From an uncultured delta proteobacterium (lineage in GTDB: Bacteria; Desulfobacterota; Binatia; UBA9968): a stretch of DNA of 64,000 nt. The DNA lies in NCBI GenBank assembly GCA_963745835.1, contig CAVUZH010000003.1:832001-896000 (forward strand), read 5' to 3'. The translations under genes and the position numbers were made by a program. Of the stretch, positions 1-12,773 are shown piece after piece. The notes below the pieces were generated by a model, which saw nothing but the letters and a program-made list of their open reading frames with translations, was not told where the DNA came from and did no database searches. How positions within the stretch are numbered: position 1 is the first letter of the stretch; the number at the start of each line of letters is the position of its first letter.

Positions 1-1
1 G

Positions 2-133
2 GAGATGGCCCTTGAGCAATATCACCTCGACACTACTGTGAATCGTTATGAGGCAATCCTCACCCGTGCGAGTACGGAACAGGCGCATCGAGTAGCTGAA
101 CGCTCCGTGCCTCGTTGGTTTGCACCACTGTGA
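2..133 (+). CDS. 3' end of an upstream gene, probably a GT4 glycosyltransferase (partial)
   Basis: Open frame from the window edge, EMALEQYHLDTTVNRYEAILTR...APL*. This resembles the C-terminal helix of GT-B enzymes and fits the context. Confidence 0.45.
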   Translation, partial: EMALEQYHLDTTVNRYEAILTRASTEQAHRVAERSVPRWFAPL

Positions 134-316
134 CGATCAGCGCGTGAACCTCTGTTTATCGAGAAATGGCTAACCGAACATCTCGCGTGAAAACGGCCCT
201 CGAAGATATTCGTTCGCAAAACTCCGTATGTGAATCTCCAAATGCTGTGGCAATTTGCTTGAGCGCATGCTTATTCAACGCTACGAGCAGGTTCGTGGGC
301 GCCGGCGGCTTCGGCG

Positions 317-2303
317 TTATGGATCCCCATAATCAATTTCGGCAAGCCAGATGACCTCGGGATAATTGGGATGGCCTTGATTGGGAGGCTGGTAGAAGCG
401 GAGTTTGGAAGTGGTTACGGTGGGAAAGGTGACGGTTGTTGACGGCACATCCTTTCCCGGCCAGGTCATAGTTGCGGCGGTAATGAAGGAAGACCCATTC
501 CAGTATTGCACCTGCATCTCCTGGGAGGTCATGTAGGAGGTGTCATTGTAGGCCCAGTGGATGGTGGCGCTATTGATCTGCTGGGAAGAAGGAAGAGGGA
601 TTTCAATCCAATGGGGAGCGGTGCTGCTTTCGGCCGAGGCCCAGGTCGGTTGCTGTCCCTCCGAAAGGTCTGTTACTCGTCGTCAATAGGTGATGTGCTA
701 TAGCCGGGGAAAGTAGAGTCAACTATTACAGCTAAGGTTGTGGGCGGAGACGCGGGGGAAGCGGTGTGGTAGTTGGGCGCCCGCCATACGGCGATACTCT
801 TCCCTCCATCTGGCCGAACATGAACAACACACCAGGATAGGTGTACCAGTCCCCACCCCACACGTAGCCAGAACCGGAGGGATTGGCCGGATACGCAGGG
901 CCGGGAGGCGTGCGCGTGTATGCGGCCTTGATCGCGTTGTCACGGAAGAGCACGTTGCCCTGAATGAACAGGTCTCCGAGTTGCGCTCCTCGCCGTTTAC
1001 GTTATCCACGGGCTGAATGAGGTAATTGATGTTGCCGCAATTTGCGGAATTGTCGGAAGCGATCCAGCCCGGCGGCGCCGGTCGCGCGGTGGTTGACGAA
1101 TCGACGCATGGCGCTGAACAACTTTCAGTAGTGTTTTCGGTCCGAGCGCCCCCGCTTGCGTATTCGCCGCGCTGTTGCCAGGAAACACGAATCCCGACGA
1201 GGTAGAAAAATTATAAAGCGACAGATCGCCGTGGCGTGCGAAAATGTCGGCGGTCGTGGTCATCGCGCCAATAGCGAATGCGGCGTAACCGTAACTGGCA
1301 TTCGGCGCGAACGGCTCATAGCGCTTGTACTCGTTGACGGTGAAGTTCGGGAAAACCGCGTAGGTCATCCACTCCTTGAACCACATTTGCGCCCAGCGCT
1401 TGGTCTGCGCGTCCTTCGGCAACGTTCCATTCAGGTGGGACGTGATCGCAGCGAGTCGGATCATCGTTCCGGAGCGGTTGTTCCAAGTCTCGTGATCGGC
1501 GCTGCCGAAAGGACCGGGCTGTTTCGCCGGGCAGTCGTAATAAAGCGCATTACCGCCACCCGGACCGTCTCCAACTATGCCGCTGTCAGCGTACTTGCCG
1601 CTGAGGTTGATGGTCGAATCGTACTCTGTGTTGCGCTGCGTAAAGCCGGAGTTGCGGACGATGAAATCGACGTTCCGCGCCCAATAGTGACCAGCGTCAG
1701 AAAACCAAGTGTCGATTGCCAACCTATCAGCCGCCGAAAAAACGGTGCTGCTCCGCACGTAGCTGTAGGCATATGCCAAGCGCGTCAGCCAGTTGGCGAT
1801 GGCGACGCATTACCGTCGCCGACCGAATCATTGGCAGGCCACTTGGTTGTGTTGTTCCAGTTGGTTCCGGCACGCGCAATTTGATTGAGCAATGCCGTTC
1901 GGATCTGCGAAGTGTAGTTGTGATTGGCGGGGTCGACCAAAGTCGCAAACGCCCCATGCAAAATCTTAAAGCCGACGTTGTGCCACGGAAAGCATTCGCC
2001 ATTGTGCTGGTTTGGCCGGTGCAGCGCATGTCCAGGTACCATGGCGTATTGTTCGTGTTCCCGTCCCAATTGTCCACGCTCGATTGCTGGCAAAGGTCTT
2101 AGCGTTAGCCACAATGGTCGTCCAGTCCCCCGGTGAATTGGTTGAAACATCGCCTCCAACTCGGTACGGGCCGCTCTGTCGCCAGATGTTCAATTCTTGC
2201 GTGACGTGTAAACCCAGCCTGGTTTGAGCTAGCTCAGGGGGACAAAACTTACATAGGCTCCTAGAACCGTTAGGCAAACGTAGAGTATGGATTTAAAATT
2301 CAT
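317..2303 (-). CDS. Secreted alginate-lyase-like (alpha/alpha toroid) protein with C-terminal discoidin/F5-8 type C (CBM32-like) domain; multiply frameshifted
   Basis: GAGAGG SD, then ATG at 2303 giving signal-like MNFKSILYVCLTVLGAYVSF. Pieces join across frames: QTRLGLHVTQE..., LAYAYSYVR...AIDTWF, WNNR, GYAAFAIGAMTTTADIFARHGDLSLY, then TWASAESSTAPHWIEIPL...MQVQYWNGSSF...KLRFY...WLAEIDY. Confidence 0.6.
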
Positions 2304-2532
2304 TTATCGTCCTCTCGTGCGTCTCTTACGCGAACACTTAAACGTGACTCACTTCCGAATACGTGGCAATCACTGATGTGCATGACCCAAGGAAAGCGTT
2401 TCTTTCTCGTAAGCGCATACGTGGAAAGCGGCCGTGATCGTGCAATGTTGAACGAGACTTGCCAAAAGTGCAGTCTTGCGGATTTCTCGATCGTTGAATA
2501 TTCTTGCCGTTTTAAATGGGAACACGACAAAC

Positions 2533-2547
2533 GCAAATCATGCGCCA
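2533..2547 (-). promoter_or_regulatory. Putative sigma54 -24/-12 promoter for the divergent lyase-like gene
   Basis: Minus strand reads TGGCGC-ATGAT-TTGC (exact GG-N10-GC spacing), about 230 bp upstream of the ATG at 2303. Confidence 0.55.
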
Positions 2548-2646
2548 GCTCCAGTATGCTTGATGATTTCACAACTGTATTTACCTGATGTGATCAGTTG
2601 TCCGATAACCGCCAATATATATTGATGTTTCTGGAGTGACTCAATA

Positions 2647-4153
2647 GTGGAAGGAAACCTATTCTTCAAGACGATCCAAAGCTTAAAGTGGAGCTATGCG
2701 GGACGATCGGACAAATAGTCCTTCAGGTCTGCACAACGGTTGTAATGTCTCGGCTTCTGCCTCCAGCAGCATTTGGTGTAGCCGCAATGGCCTCGGTATT
2801 TTTGCAGTTGATAACGCACTTCTCTCACATGGGAATTGGGCAGGCGCTCATACAAAAGAAGGATCTTACCACGTTCGGACGTACGCTGTGCGTTCACCCT
2901 TACCGCTGGTATCGGAATTCTTTGCACGGGATTAGCCTGGATAATCGCTCCTTTTGCGCGGCACCTGCTCGACACCCCTGAAATTGTACCGGTTGTCCGG
3001 GCGCTCGCTATTTCTTTCTTGCTGACGAATCTCTCTCTGACCAGTGTAAGCCTATTGCGTCGACGGCTGGAGTTTGGGCTGGCGGCTATCGTGGAAACAG
3101 CTTCGTATGCCATTGGCGCCGGATTGCTGGGCGTAGTCCTCGCCTGGATGAATTGGGGTGTCTGGGCAATTGTGCTTTCGACAGTGGCGCAGTCGAGTTT
3201 AATCGCGATTATCTCCTACGCCTTCGTTCGGCACGACCTTCGGCCTTGTTGGAACGCCTCGAGCCACCGCCATTTTCTGAGTTATGGAGGACGGCTTTCT
3301 GGGATTGGATTTCTCGATTATATTGCGGGTTCGGCCGATCTTTTCGTGGTCGGGAGGTTTTTAGGCGACGTTGCGGCCGGGATATACTCCCGCTCGACAC
3401 TTCTGGTTACCCTACCCGTCTACCATCTTGGCTTCTCTCTGAATCGGGTTCTGTTTCCCGTCCTTTCTCAGGTGCAGGATCAGTCCGAGCGAAGAAATAG
3501 GGCCTACCTCACGGCGACAACGGCTCTCAGCATCCTGCTCTTTCCATCGCCGCGGGGATCACCATCGCGGCGCCTCAATTGATCGGAATCATGCTCGGAT
3601 CCCAGTGGACTGACGGTATCAGCCTTCTTCAGGTGTATGCATGGGTACTACCGCTCGGCATGATTGCTTCCCAAGCAGGAATTGTGTTGGATGCTCAGGC
3701 ATTGCTTTATGGTAAGTTCCGAGCCCGCTGCCTGCAATTAGTATCATTGGGTCTCTTTCTTGCCGCAGGCGCAAACTGGGGTGTGGTGGGAATTGCTTTC
3801 GCTGCCCTACATGGGCGCGTGACTGAGTGGTATCTCTACAACCGGGAGTTGAAACTGGCTCAGGTAATGGAGTGGCGGCAGGCCTTGAGACCCATAGCGT
3901 GGGGTTTGGGGTATGCGGTTGCAGTGGCTCTTGCCATGCTCCCGGTCGCACTTCTTGATGCGGCGTTGCCAGCCGTTGTGCTCCTTCTAGCCGAGATAGC
4001 GATGGCGGGGTGCTTGCTTCTTTCTCTTAGGTGCTTCTCCCTCCACCTTATCTGTCCGGCTATTTATTGACGATCTTGGAGCGGCGATTGACCAAACAGC
4101 CTAGCTGGATTCTGGAAGGATGGCGGAAAAGGCTTGTCGCAGCCGTAGGGTGA
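2647..4153 (+). CDS. wzx: Wzx-type (PST family) oligosaccharide flippase, frameshifted
   Basis: SLKWSY...VMSRLLPPAAFGVAAMA...GIGQALIQKKDL, LLRRRLEFG, GVWAIV, DLFVVGRFLG..AAGIYSRS, NRVLFPVLS. Spread over ORFs at 2688, 2836 and 3579 plus a short terminal frame. Confidence 0.85.
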
Positions 4154-4398
4154 TCGATCTATCCGCGTTTTATCTTTATGAGGCTGATGCATAGAGCGGG
4201 GATCAGCCCAACGGGCTTGGAACGAGTCTTTTGAGAGGATTTCCGCCGACAGCTTTTGAAAGGACAATCGGAGTCTGCGTCTTCGGTTGCTGTTCTATGC
4301 TCTTGGCTTCGTTCTGGCTGGTTGCTTGTCCTAAAATAGTCTACCGACTTTGTCCCTGAAAATGGGCTAGGAACTCGAAACAAGAGATTATCGGCGTT

Positions 4399-5130
4399 AT
4401 GAACGTAGATCATTTGAAGGAGCTACAGATCGAGCACGCGGATCAAGACTTCAAGCTGGTCCAGCCCGGTACGTTTGAAGGTGGCCTTTATCACGACTAC
4501 TTCCGCGAAATTCCTTTTCTCAGAGCTAGAGCGCTTTTGAAACGAGCAGGAGTGGATCTCACTGGTAAACGAGTCTTGATAGCAAGTTGTGGCACGGGAA
4601 TCGATGTTTACTATTTGAAGAAGTATTTCGACTCTGTATTTGTCGTTGCCGATATTTCAGAACATGCTGTCGCAATCGCTAAGGCAAGTTTCCCAGGAAT
4701 CGAGGGGCGAGTGGAAGACGGGGAAAAACTCAGCTTCCCGGACGATTCGTTTGACTTCAGCTTTATAGCGGCTTCGTTGCATCATTTGCCTCGACCTATT
4801 CTGGGTCTTTATGAACTGATGCGAGTTTCTAAGGAAGGCGTGATCGTCATTGAGCCTAATGACAGTTGGCCGGTTCGAATCGCTACTGCTTTGGGATTAG
4901 CGACAGAAGTCGAGGAAAGCGGCAATTATGTGTATCGTCTGAGCAAGCATGACGTAGCACGGATCGCCAAGTCCCTATTTGTGAGATTTGAAGTGGATCG
5001 GTTCTTTGCGATTCATCGGATTGCCAAGACAAAAGTGGAATTCTTTGTGCTGAAGACGTTGAATGGATTAGCCAATTGGATCGTTCCAAGTCTTGGGAAC
5101 TACATCGTGTTTGTTATCTCTAAACAATGA
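4399..5130 (+). CDS. Class I SAM-dependent methyltransferase
   Basis: VLIASCGTG motif I, ADISE, DGEKLSFPDDSFD, SLHHL, IVIEPN. Confidence 0.85.
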   Translation: MNVDHLKELQIEHADQDFKLVQPGTFEGGLYHDYFREIPFLRARALLKRAGVDLTGKRVLIASCGTGIDVYYLKKYFDSVFVVADISEHAVAIAKASFPGIEGRVEDGEKLSFPDDSFDFSFIAASLHHLPRPILGLYELMRVSKEGVIVIEPNDSWPVRIATALGLATEVEESGNYVYRLSKHDVARIAKSLFVRFEVDRFFAIHRIAKTKVEFFVLKTLNGLANWIVPSLGNYIVFVISKQ

Positions 5131-5230
5131 TCCTCCCTGCCTAAGCGGACCTCAGAATGCACATTAAGCAGAAGGGAATTAGTATTCTCCACAGTACCGC
5201 AGTGATCACGAATCATACAGAACGAGCAGC

Positions 5231-6165
5231 TTGCCTGAGGTGCCAAAATCCGTGAACCATTCCGGTGATCAATCTCACGGTACAGTGCGCCGAACCAAAA
5301 TCGTGAGCGTGCTTACGTGCTTTAACCGTAAGGCTCTGACGATATCGTGCCTAGGTGCGCTACAGGCGGCGGCGCGATACGCGCACGTCGAATTGAGACG
5401 ATCGTGGTTGACGATGCCAGTACCGACGGTACGGCGGCCGCGATTCGAAGCCATTATCCAGGGGTCGAGGTGATTGACGGCTCGGGAGCACTGTTCTGGA
5501 ACCGTGGTATGTACGTCGGTTTCGGAGTGGCGCTGCAGCGGCCCGCCGACTACTATCTGTGGCTGAACGACGATACCGAATTAGTCCCTGACGCGCTGCA
5601 ATTCGCTGCTGCGACAGTCGGAGCAACTGCGGAAAGAGCGAGGGCACTGCCGTTATTCTTGTCGGCGCTACGGCTGAGCGCAGCAGCGGTCGGGTTACCT
5701 ATGGCGGACGCGTAAGACGCAGCCGTTGGCGTCGATTCAATTTCGAGCTCGTCTGGGACGAAAAGCACGCGGTTCCATGTGAAGCGATCGAGGGGAACTG
5801 CGTTCTCATTCCGCGCGAGGTCGCTCAGCACGTCGGCAATCTGGATCCGACCTTCGAACATGCGATGGGCGACACCGACTATGGGCTGCGCGCGCTGCGC
5901 GCCGGCTTCAGATCTTTCGTCGGCTGCAGGCATTGTTGGTTACTGTTCGGACAATTCGACTGCCGGAACGTATCATGATGATTCGCTATCGTTACGCAAA
6001 AGATGGCAGCTGCTGCTTAGTCGCAAAGGCTTGCCAATGCGCTCATGGCTGCACTTCACACGGCGGCACGGTGGACTGCTGTGGCCGTTGTATTTCTCAT
6101 GGCCGTACGTCCGCTTGATCTCGTCCGCAGCTACGCAACATCCGCTCTCGTCGTGCGTCTTGTGA
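5231..6165 (+). CDS. GT2 glycosyltransferase, frameshifted
   Basis: VLTCFNRK, VVDDASTDGT, LFWNRGM, YLWLNDD; HAMGDTDYGLR in an alternate frame. Confidence 0.85.
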
Positions 6166-6215
6166 TCGGCACGAAAAAGTAACGCCCAGTACGGCGACAT
6201 CCTAAAGGACATTCT

Positions 6216-8139
6216 ATGTGCGGTATATTCGGCTACATCGGCAATCTCGAGCGCATCACGGCAGAGCGCTGCCTGAACACTCTCACTCACCGTGGCCCTG
6301 ACGGCTGGGGATTGTGGAGTGACGAGGGTGTCACGCTCGGTCACCGGCGGTTGGCGATTCTCGATCTCTCGGAGAACGGCCATCAGCCGATGAGCTTCGG
6401 AGGGGGTCGCTACTGGATCACCTTCAACGGCGAGGTCTACAACTTCTTGGAGATCCGCACCGAGCTTGAGGCCAAGGGGCACGTCTTTCGCACCGAATCA
6501 GATACCGAGGTGATCCTCGCAGCTTACAGCGAATGGGGCGAGTCCTGCCAGTTACGCTTCAACGGAATGTGGGCCTTCGCGATATGGGATACCGTCGAGC
6601 GGCGTCTGTTCCTATCACGCGATCGCTTCGGCAAGAAGCCATTGTTCTACACCGAGCTTCCGAATGGCGATTTTGCGTTCGCGTCGGAGATGAAGGCGCT
6701 GTTGCCCCTACTGCCCAGGGTAGAGGCCGATCAGCATCTCATTAAACGAATGACGGTGCGGTCGTCGTTTGCCTACGAAGCAACGGAGCGATGCTTGATC
6801 AAGGGAATCAAGCGCTTCCTCGCCGGCCATTGCGGATTGGTAAAGAACGGGCGCCTGGAGGCGCACCGTTGGTGGAACACCCTCGATCACTTGCCCAGTG
6901 TTCCCGATTCCTACGACGAGCAGGTCGAAGTCATGCGCGAATTGTTGCTTGACGCGTGCCGGCTGCGAATGCGCAGCGATGTGACGATTGGCACCGCACT
7001 GTCGGGTGGACTCGATTCAAGTTCGGTGCTGTCGGCGCTTGCGCATATCAACGGCACGCGCGGGGGCGAAGCAAGGCTTTCGAATGACTGGCAGCATGCG
7101 TTCGTCGCCTCGTTTCCCGGTACGCCGCTCGATGAGGTGCGGTTTGCTCAACGTATGGCCGAACACGTCGGCATCAACGCCGAAATCCTGCCGATCGACC
7201 CCACTCGTTATATCGGCGAGCTCCAGCGACATGTTGTACCTCTACGAGGATATCACGATCACCAGCCCGATTCCGTTCATGTCCCTGTACGGTCGGATCA
7301 AGCAATCAGGTGTAACCGTGACAATCGATGGCCATGGCGCGGATGAGCTTTTTGGCGGCTACGAAACCGATTGGGCATACGCGTTGCTCGATGCCGGTAC
7401 CGACCTACGGCAAATCAATCAGGTGCTCGACATCTACGAGCATGACATACCAGAGGATTCGCAGCAGTTTCGTAAGGCGGGTAACCGTTTCATCAGCTAT
7501 GCGAAGCGCATGGGTATTACCCTCGCGAAGCACGCGCTGAATATGCACAGCAACCTCGGCCCAGTGTACTCCGAGCATCCGCGCTGGAAGCAGCTCGATC
7601 ATCTAACTCGAGTGCTCTTCTGGCAGACGCACTCGTTCGTATTGCCCACAATCCTGCGCAGCTACGACCGTTACGGTATGGCCAATTCCATCGAGATTCG
7701 CATGCCGTTCCTCGACTGGCGGGTCGCGACCTTCGCATTCGCACTGCCATGGAAGTCAAAAATCCGCCGCGGCTACTCGAAAGCGATCATCCGCGACGCA
7801 ATGGCACCCTACATGCCGCATGACATTGCGTACCGGCGCAACAAAATCGGTTTCAGCTCGCCGATCGTCGACTGGATGCGCGGGCCTTTACGAAGCTTCT
7901 TTCTCGACACACTCAATTCGCAAGGATTCAAGCAATGTGGCCTGGTGGATCCGCTGCGAGCCTCCAAGCTTGTCCATCACGTCATGAACGAATCGAATGC
8001 TACATTCAGATCGGGGCAGAAAGCTTGGTGGAGCGTTCTCCCGTACCTGTGGTCCGAGGCGCTTCTGCGCCCGAGCACAGAATTGGTCCCATCGCTCGGA
8101 CATCATTTGATAAAACGAGGCATGTGGGTCGGCCCATGA
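6216..8139 (+). CDS. asnB: Asparagine synthase (glutamine-hydrolysing)-like amidotransferase, one frameshift near 7230
   Basis: MCGI Ntn start, HRGPDG, HRRLAILD, FNGEVYN, RDRFGKKPL, LSGGLDSS, GHGADELFGGY, EIRMPFLD. Confidence 0.9.
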
Positions 8140-8246
8140 AAAGCTGGGGAGGAAGGAAACTAATCCTTCATCGGCATACTCGAGTGCGGTCGTGAACTGG
8201 GAGACATAAAGGACATCTTCCCTTTCGTCGAACTTGTACGTGCATC

Positions 8247-9454
8247 ATGAGAATATTACTCATCCATAACTACTATCAGGAGGCTGGGGGGAAAGCGGCG
8301 TTTTTGAAAACCTTCTTCGCCTTCTGCAGCAAGTTGACCAGGAAGTACATGTTTACTCGCGCCATAATTCAGAGATTGACCGGTTAAATCGCCAACAGAA
8401 ATTGTTGATGGGGACGGGCGCTTTTTTCTCTCCTGGAACTTGGGCCGATGTCAAGGCGATCGTGCGAGAAAAGCGGCCCGCGGTCGCGTTGGTGCAGAAC
8501 GTATTACCCTTGATCTCGCCGTCGGTTTATTACGCGCTCCGCTCCGCAGGTATTCCGATCGTACAACTGGTCTATAACTATCGTTTCGTCTGCCCCGACG
8601 CGCAGTTGTTTTCCTAGGGCGAGGTTTGCGAAAGATGTGTTTTCGGAAATCACTGGCACGCTGTCGCAAGAAAATGTTATCGGGATAGCCGCGCTCTGAG
8701 CGCGTGGTATGCGGCCATTTTGAAGTTACACCGCGCGACCGGGACATTCGCTCGCAACATCGATCGGTTTATCATTCCCGATGATTTTTTGGGGACGCGA
8801 TTGATCAAGGGCGGCATTCCGGCGGAGAAGATAAGGAAGAACGTCAATCCGTTTTTCGTCGAGGACTATCAGCCGTGTTACGAGCCGGGTGAGTATATCT
8901 TGTACGTTGGTCGGCTCGTGCGACAAAAAGGTGTTTTCACCCTCGTTCGCGCGATGTCACATTTACCAACGGACGGCGCGCCGCTGTACATTGTCGGCGA
9001 CGGCGAGTCGCGTGCAGAGCTGGAAACCCTGATCAGCGATCTCAACTTGCATGATCGGGTGAAGCTTCTCGGACCCCGCTGGGGTGAAGATTTGCGGAGA
9101 TTGATGAAGAATAGTCGGTTTCTTGTCATACCATCGGAATGGTATGACAACCTCCCTTTGATTCTTTGCCAGGCTTACGCCATGGCGAAACCAGTTGTTG
9201 CCTCCGCGATCAATGGCATTCCGGAGTATGTGGACGACGGCGTCGATGGGCTCTTGTTCGAGCCTGGGAATGCCGAACAACTGAGTCATTGTATTGGACG
9301 CTTGAGCTCCGATACGCCTTTGGTCTCCGCGATGGCGAAGAAGGCTCGACGGAAGGCGGAAGAAGTATTTGATTATCGAGCGTATTGGCGGACTTTGGAG
9401 CCTGTTCTCGAAGAGCTGATTTCCCACCAGCGTGCTGGCCAGTCTAACGATTGA
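8247..9454 (+). CDS. GT4 glycosyltransferase with a frameshift near 8290 and an in-frame TAG at 8615-8617
   Basis: MRILLIHNYYQEAGG, QNVLPLISPSVY, YNYRFVCP...CERC, YVGRLVRQKG, PSEWYDNLP, AMAKPVVAS. Confidence 0.85.
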
Positions 9455-9606
9455 TCTCAGCTTGCGTGACCAGTCGAACGCGGATGTCGCGCTGTCAGAG
9501 CGTCGCCAGCTAAGCGATATTTCATTGGCTCTGAATGACTTGAGGAGGGTACAATTGGGGAGTGTACCGGCTTCGCAGGTCTCGACCCGGTAGCAAGGAA
9601 TAAGAT

Positions 9607-10603
9607 TTGGAAAATTGTCTAAACGGCGAATTTGCCGGCAAGAGAGTGCTCATAACTGGGGGATTCGGCTTCATCGGCTCCAATCTGGCGCGCACTCTCT
9701 GTGATCTGGGCGCCCGGGTAACTGTAATCGATTCCTTGATACCCGAATATGGCGGCAATGCTTTCAACCTTGCAAACTATGAAGAGCGGGTTCGAACGAA
9801 TATATCCGACGTGCGTGATCCGCACGGAATAAAATACCTGATTCGAGACCAAGACTACTTATTCAATCTTGCAGGACAGGTGAGCCATACCGACAGCATG
9901 GTCAATCCCTATACTGATCTCGACGTGAATGTCCATGCGCAAGTATTCATCCTGGAGGCAATTCGACAATATAATCCGAAGCTGCGCATCGTTTTTTCCT
10001 CCACTCGCCAGATTTATGGCCGTCCGAAGTACCTTCCAGTTGATGAAGCGCACCCGATCACGCCGGTAGACGTCAACGGAATTAATAAAGTGGCGGGCGA
10101 ATCGTATCATCTGCTTTACGGCAAACTCTACGGTCTAGAGGTCACGTCTCTACGATTAACGAACACTTACGGTCCTCGCATGCGTGTTAAAGATGCACGA
10201 CAAACTTTTTTAGGTTGGTGGATCCGTCAGCTGATCGAGGGCAGGGAAGTTCAGATCTTCGGCACCGGCGAGCAACTGCGCGACTTGAACTTCGTCGATG
10301 ACGTTATCAACGCCATGCTCCACGCGGCGATCAATCCAAAGGCGGTGGACCAGGTTTATAACCTCGGTGATGAGCCCATCTCACTGTTAGAGTTGGCCAA
10401 ACTCATGATCGAGTGTAACGGTACCGGATCATTTAGCATGGTCGCCGTTTCCGGACGACCGTAAGGCCATAGACATCGGGCACTATTATGGGTCTTTCGA
10501 CAAGATCAAAGCGGATCTTGGATGGGAGCCGCAAGTCTCTCTGCGCGTAGGCTTAGAGCGAACAATCAACTACTACAAGGAGAACTTGTGCCATTATGTT
10601 TAA
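9607..10603 (+). CDS. NAD-dependent epimerase/dehydratase (extended SDR), frameshift near 10445
   Basis: [18 protein letters not shown]; C-terminus [26 protein letters not shown] in the shifted frame. Confidence 0.9.
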
Positions 10604-10613
10604 GGCGGCAGAT

Positions 10614-11733
10614 ATGATCACTCAAACAGATCCGAGAGCCGAGTACCTGGCGTATCAAAATGAAATAAACCAGGCGATCCAAGCCGTACTGAACAGCGGA
10701 AGATACATTCTCGGACCGGAAGTTCAGGCCTTCGAACGAGAGTTCGCGGACTTTATCGGGACGCGTTTTGGCATCGGAGCGGCGTCCGGCACTGACGCCC
10801 TCTATCTCGCCCTCAAGGCAACGGGGATCGGCCCAGGCGACGAAGTGCTTACGGTACCCCACACGGCGGTGGCCACGGTCGCCGCCATCGAGATGTGCGG
10901 GGCGACTCCGGTGTTGGTCGACATTGATGAGAGTACTTACACCATAGATCCTAAGCAGCTCGAGGCTGCCGTCTCTCCCCGCGCTAGAGTGCTGCTACCC
11001 GTCCACCTGTACGGACATCCCGCAGACATGGCTCCGATCTTAGACATAGCTCGCCGGCACGCCCTGCGAGTCGTGGAGGATTGTGCTCAGGCACACGGTG
11101 CGAGTTATAGCGACAAGCAGGTGGGTGGTATCGGGGACATATCGGCCTTTAGTTTCTACCCCACAAAAAACCTAGGAGCCATCGGAGACGGCGGGCTGGT
11201 GGCAACGAATGATCCTGATTTGGCCGAAAAGGTAAAATTACTTAGACAGTACGGTTGGCACGAAAGATATGTCAGCCAAGTTACAGGCTGGAACTCGCGG
11301 TTGGATGAGCTTCAGGCGGCGATTTTGCGTGTGAAGCTGCGCCATCTCGCCGAAGGCAATCGGCGCCGCCGCGCAATTGGCTGAGCTCTACAATGAAGGG
11401 TTGCGCAATCTGCCGGTGATTATTCCCACACATAAAAGCGGAAACGAACATGTTTATCATCAATACGTGATTCGCCACTCGCAACGGGACGAGATGCAAG
11501 CGTTTTTGAGCGCACGTAAAATCGTCACGCTCATCCATTATCCAGCTCCAATTCACCTTCAACCTGCATACAGGGGAAGGCTCGGCGATTCAGGCAGCTT
11601 TCCAGTGTCAGAACAAGCCGCGCGCGAGGTTTTATCTCTCCCGCTTTATCCTGAGTTGAGCGATGCGCAGGTAAATACAGTGGTGCAGGCGATTGCCGAT
11701 TTTTTCAACAGGCGAGCTGTTGACGTTCTGTAA
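10614..11733 (+). CDS. DegT/DnrJ/EryC1/StrS PLP-dependent sugar aminotransferase, frameshift near 11378
   Basis: [36 protein letters not shown] (PLP lysine), [22 protein letters not shown]. Confidence 0.92.
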
Positions 11734-11774
11734 CTAGCTTGTTGCGAAGATAAACGCCAGATTCAGCAAATCCT

Positions 11775-12773
11775 ATGAATCGCATTATCATTACTGGAGG
11801 TGCAGGGTTTATTGGATCGCACTTGATACTTCGGTGGGTCAAAAACCATCCCAATATAGAAGTGATGAACGTTGACAAACTCGGCTATGCGTCTAATCTC
11901 GCGTTTTTGGAACCGGCGCGAAGTCATTCAAATTATTACTTCGAAAAAATCGATCTCAGTGAGAGAAACCGAGTTCGGGACTTTATTCAAAGCTTTAAGC
12001 CGGATGGAGTCATTCATCTTGCTGCGGAGTCTCACGTAGACAATTCGATCTTGGATCCGGAACCGTTCGTGATGAGTAATATCATCGGCACGTTCAATCT
12101 TCTGGAGGAATGTCGCCAATACTGGCATAAAGCTGGATTATTGGAGGCAGCTCGTTTCCACCATGTGTCTACTGACGAGGTTTACGGCACACTTATAAAT
12201 GGTGGCTCATTTACCGAAGCGACGCCTTATCAGCCGAACTCACCTTACTCGGCATCCAAAGCGGCGAGCGACCATCTCGTAAGATCGTATCATCATACAT
12301 TTGGAATGAATATCGTGATCACAAATTCAACGAACAATTTCGGCCCGCACCAGCACGACGAAAAGTTGATACCGACTGTCGTTCGATCGGCACTCAAACA
12401 TAAACCGATTCCCGTCTACGGAAATGGGGAGAATATTCGAGATTGGATTTTTGTCGGCGATCATTGCGAGGCAATTGAAGTGGTATTCGCAACCGGCGAA
12501 CCTGGCAAAAGTTACAATATCGGTGCAAAAAATGAGTGGAAGAATATCGACCTAGTTGGACAAATCTGCGCAATGCTAAATGAGCTTGTGGGTGAAGGAC
12601 CGAGCGGTGATTATAAAAATTTGGTTTGTTTTGTAAAAGATCGGCTGGGGCACGATTGGCACTATGCGATTGATCCGTCAAAACTCGAGCGCGAATTAAA
12701 TTGGGCGCCGGTATATACATTTGAAGAATCGCTAAGACATACTGTGAAATGGTATGTGGAGAGATATCTATGA
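11775..12773 (+). CDS. rfbB: dTDP-glucose 4,6-dehydratase
   Basis: [45 protein letters not shown]. Confidence 0.95.
   Translation: MNRIIITGGAGFIGSHLILRWVKNHPNIEVMNVDKLGYASNLAFLEPARSHSNYYFEKIDLSERNRVRDFIQSFKPDGVIHLAAESHVDNSILDPEPFVMSNIIGTFNLLEECRQYWHKAGLLEAARFHHVSTDEVYGTLINGGSFTEATPYQPNSPYSASKAASDHLVRSYHHTFGMNIVITNSTNNFGPHQHDEKLIPTVVRSALKHKPIPVYGNGENIRDWIFVGDHCEAIEVVFATGEPGKSYNIGAKNEWKNIDLVGQICAMLNELVGEGPSGDYKNLVCFVKDRLGHDWHYAIDPSKLERELNWAPVYTFEESLRHTVKWYVERYL

Noticed and set aside
8615-8617. Pyrrolysine or recoded TAG read-through
   Set aside because: TAG is used as a normal stop by other genes here (for example 18433, 22247, 53443, 55144), and no pyl genes are visible.
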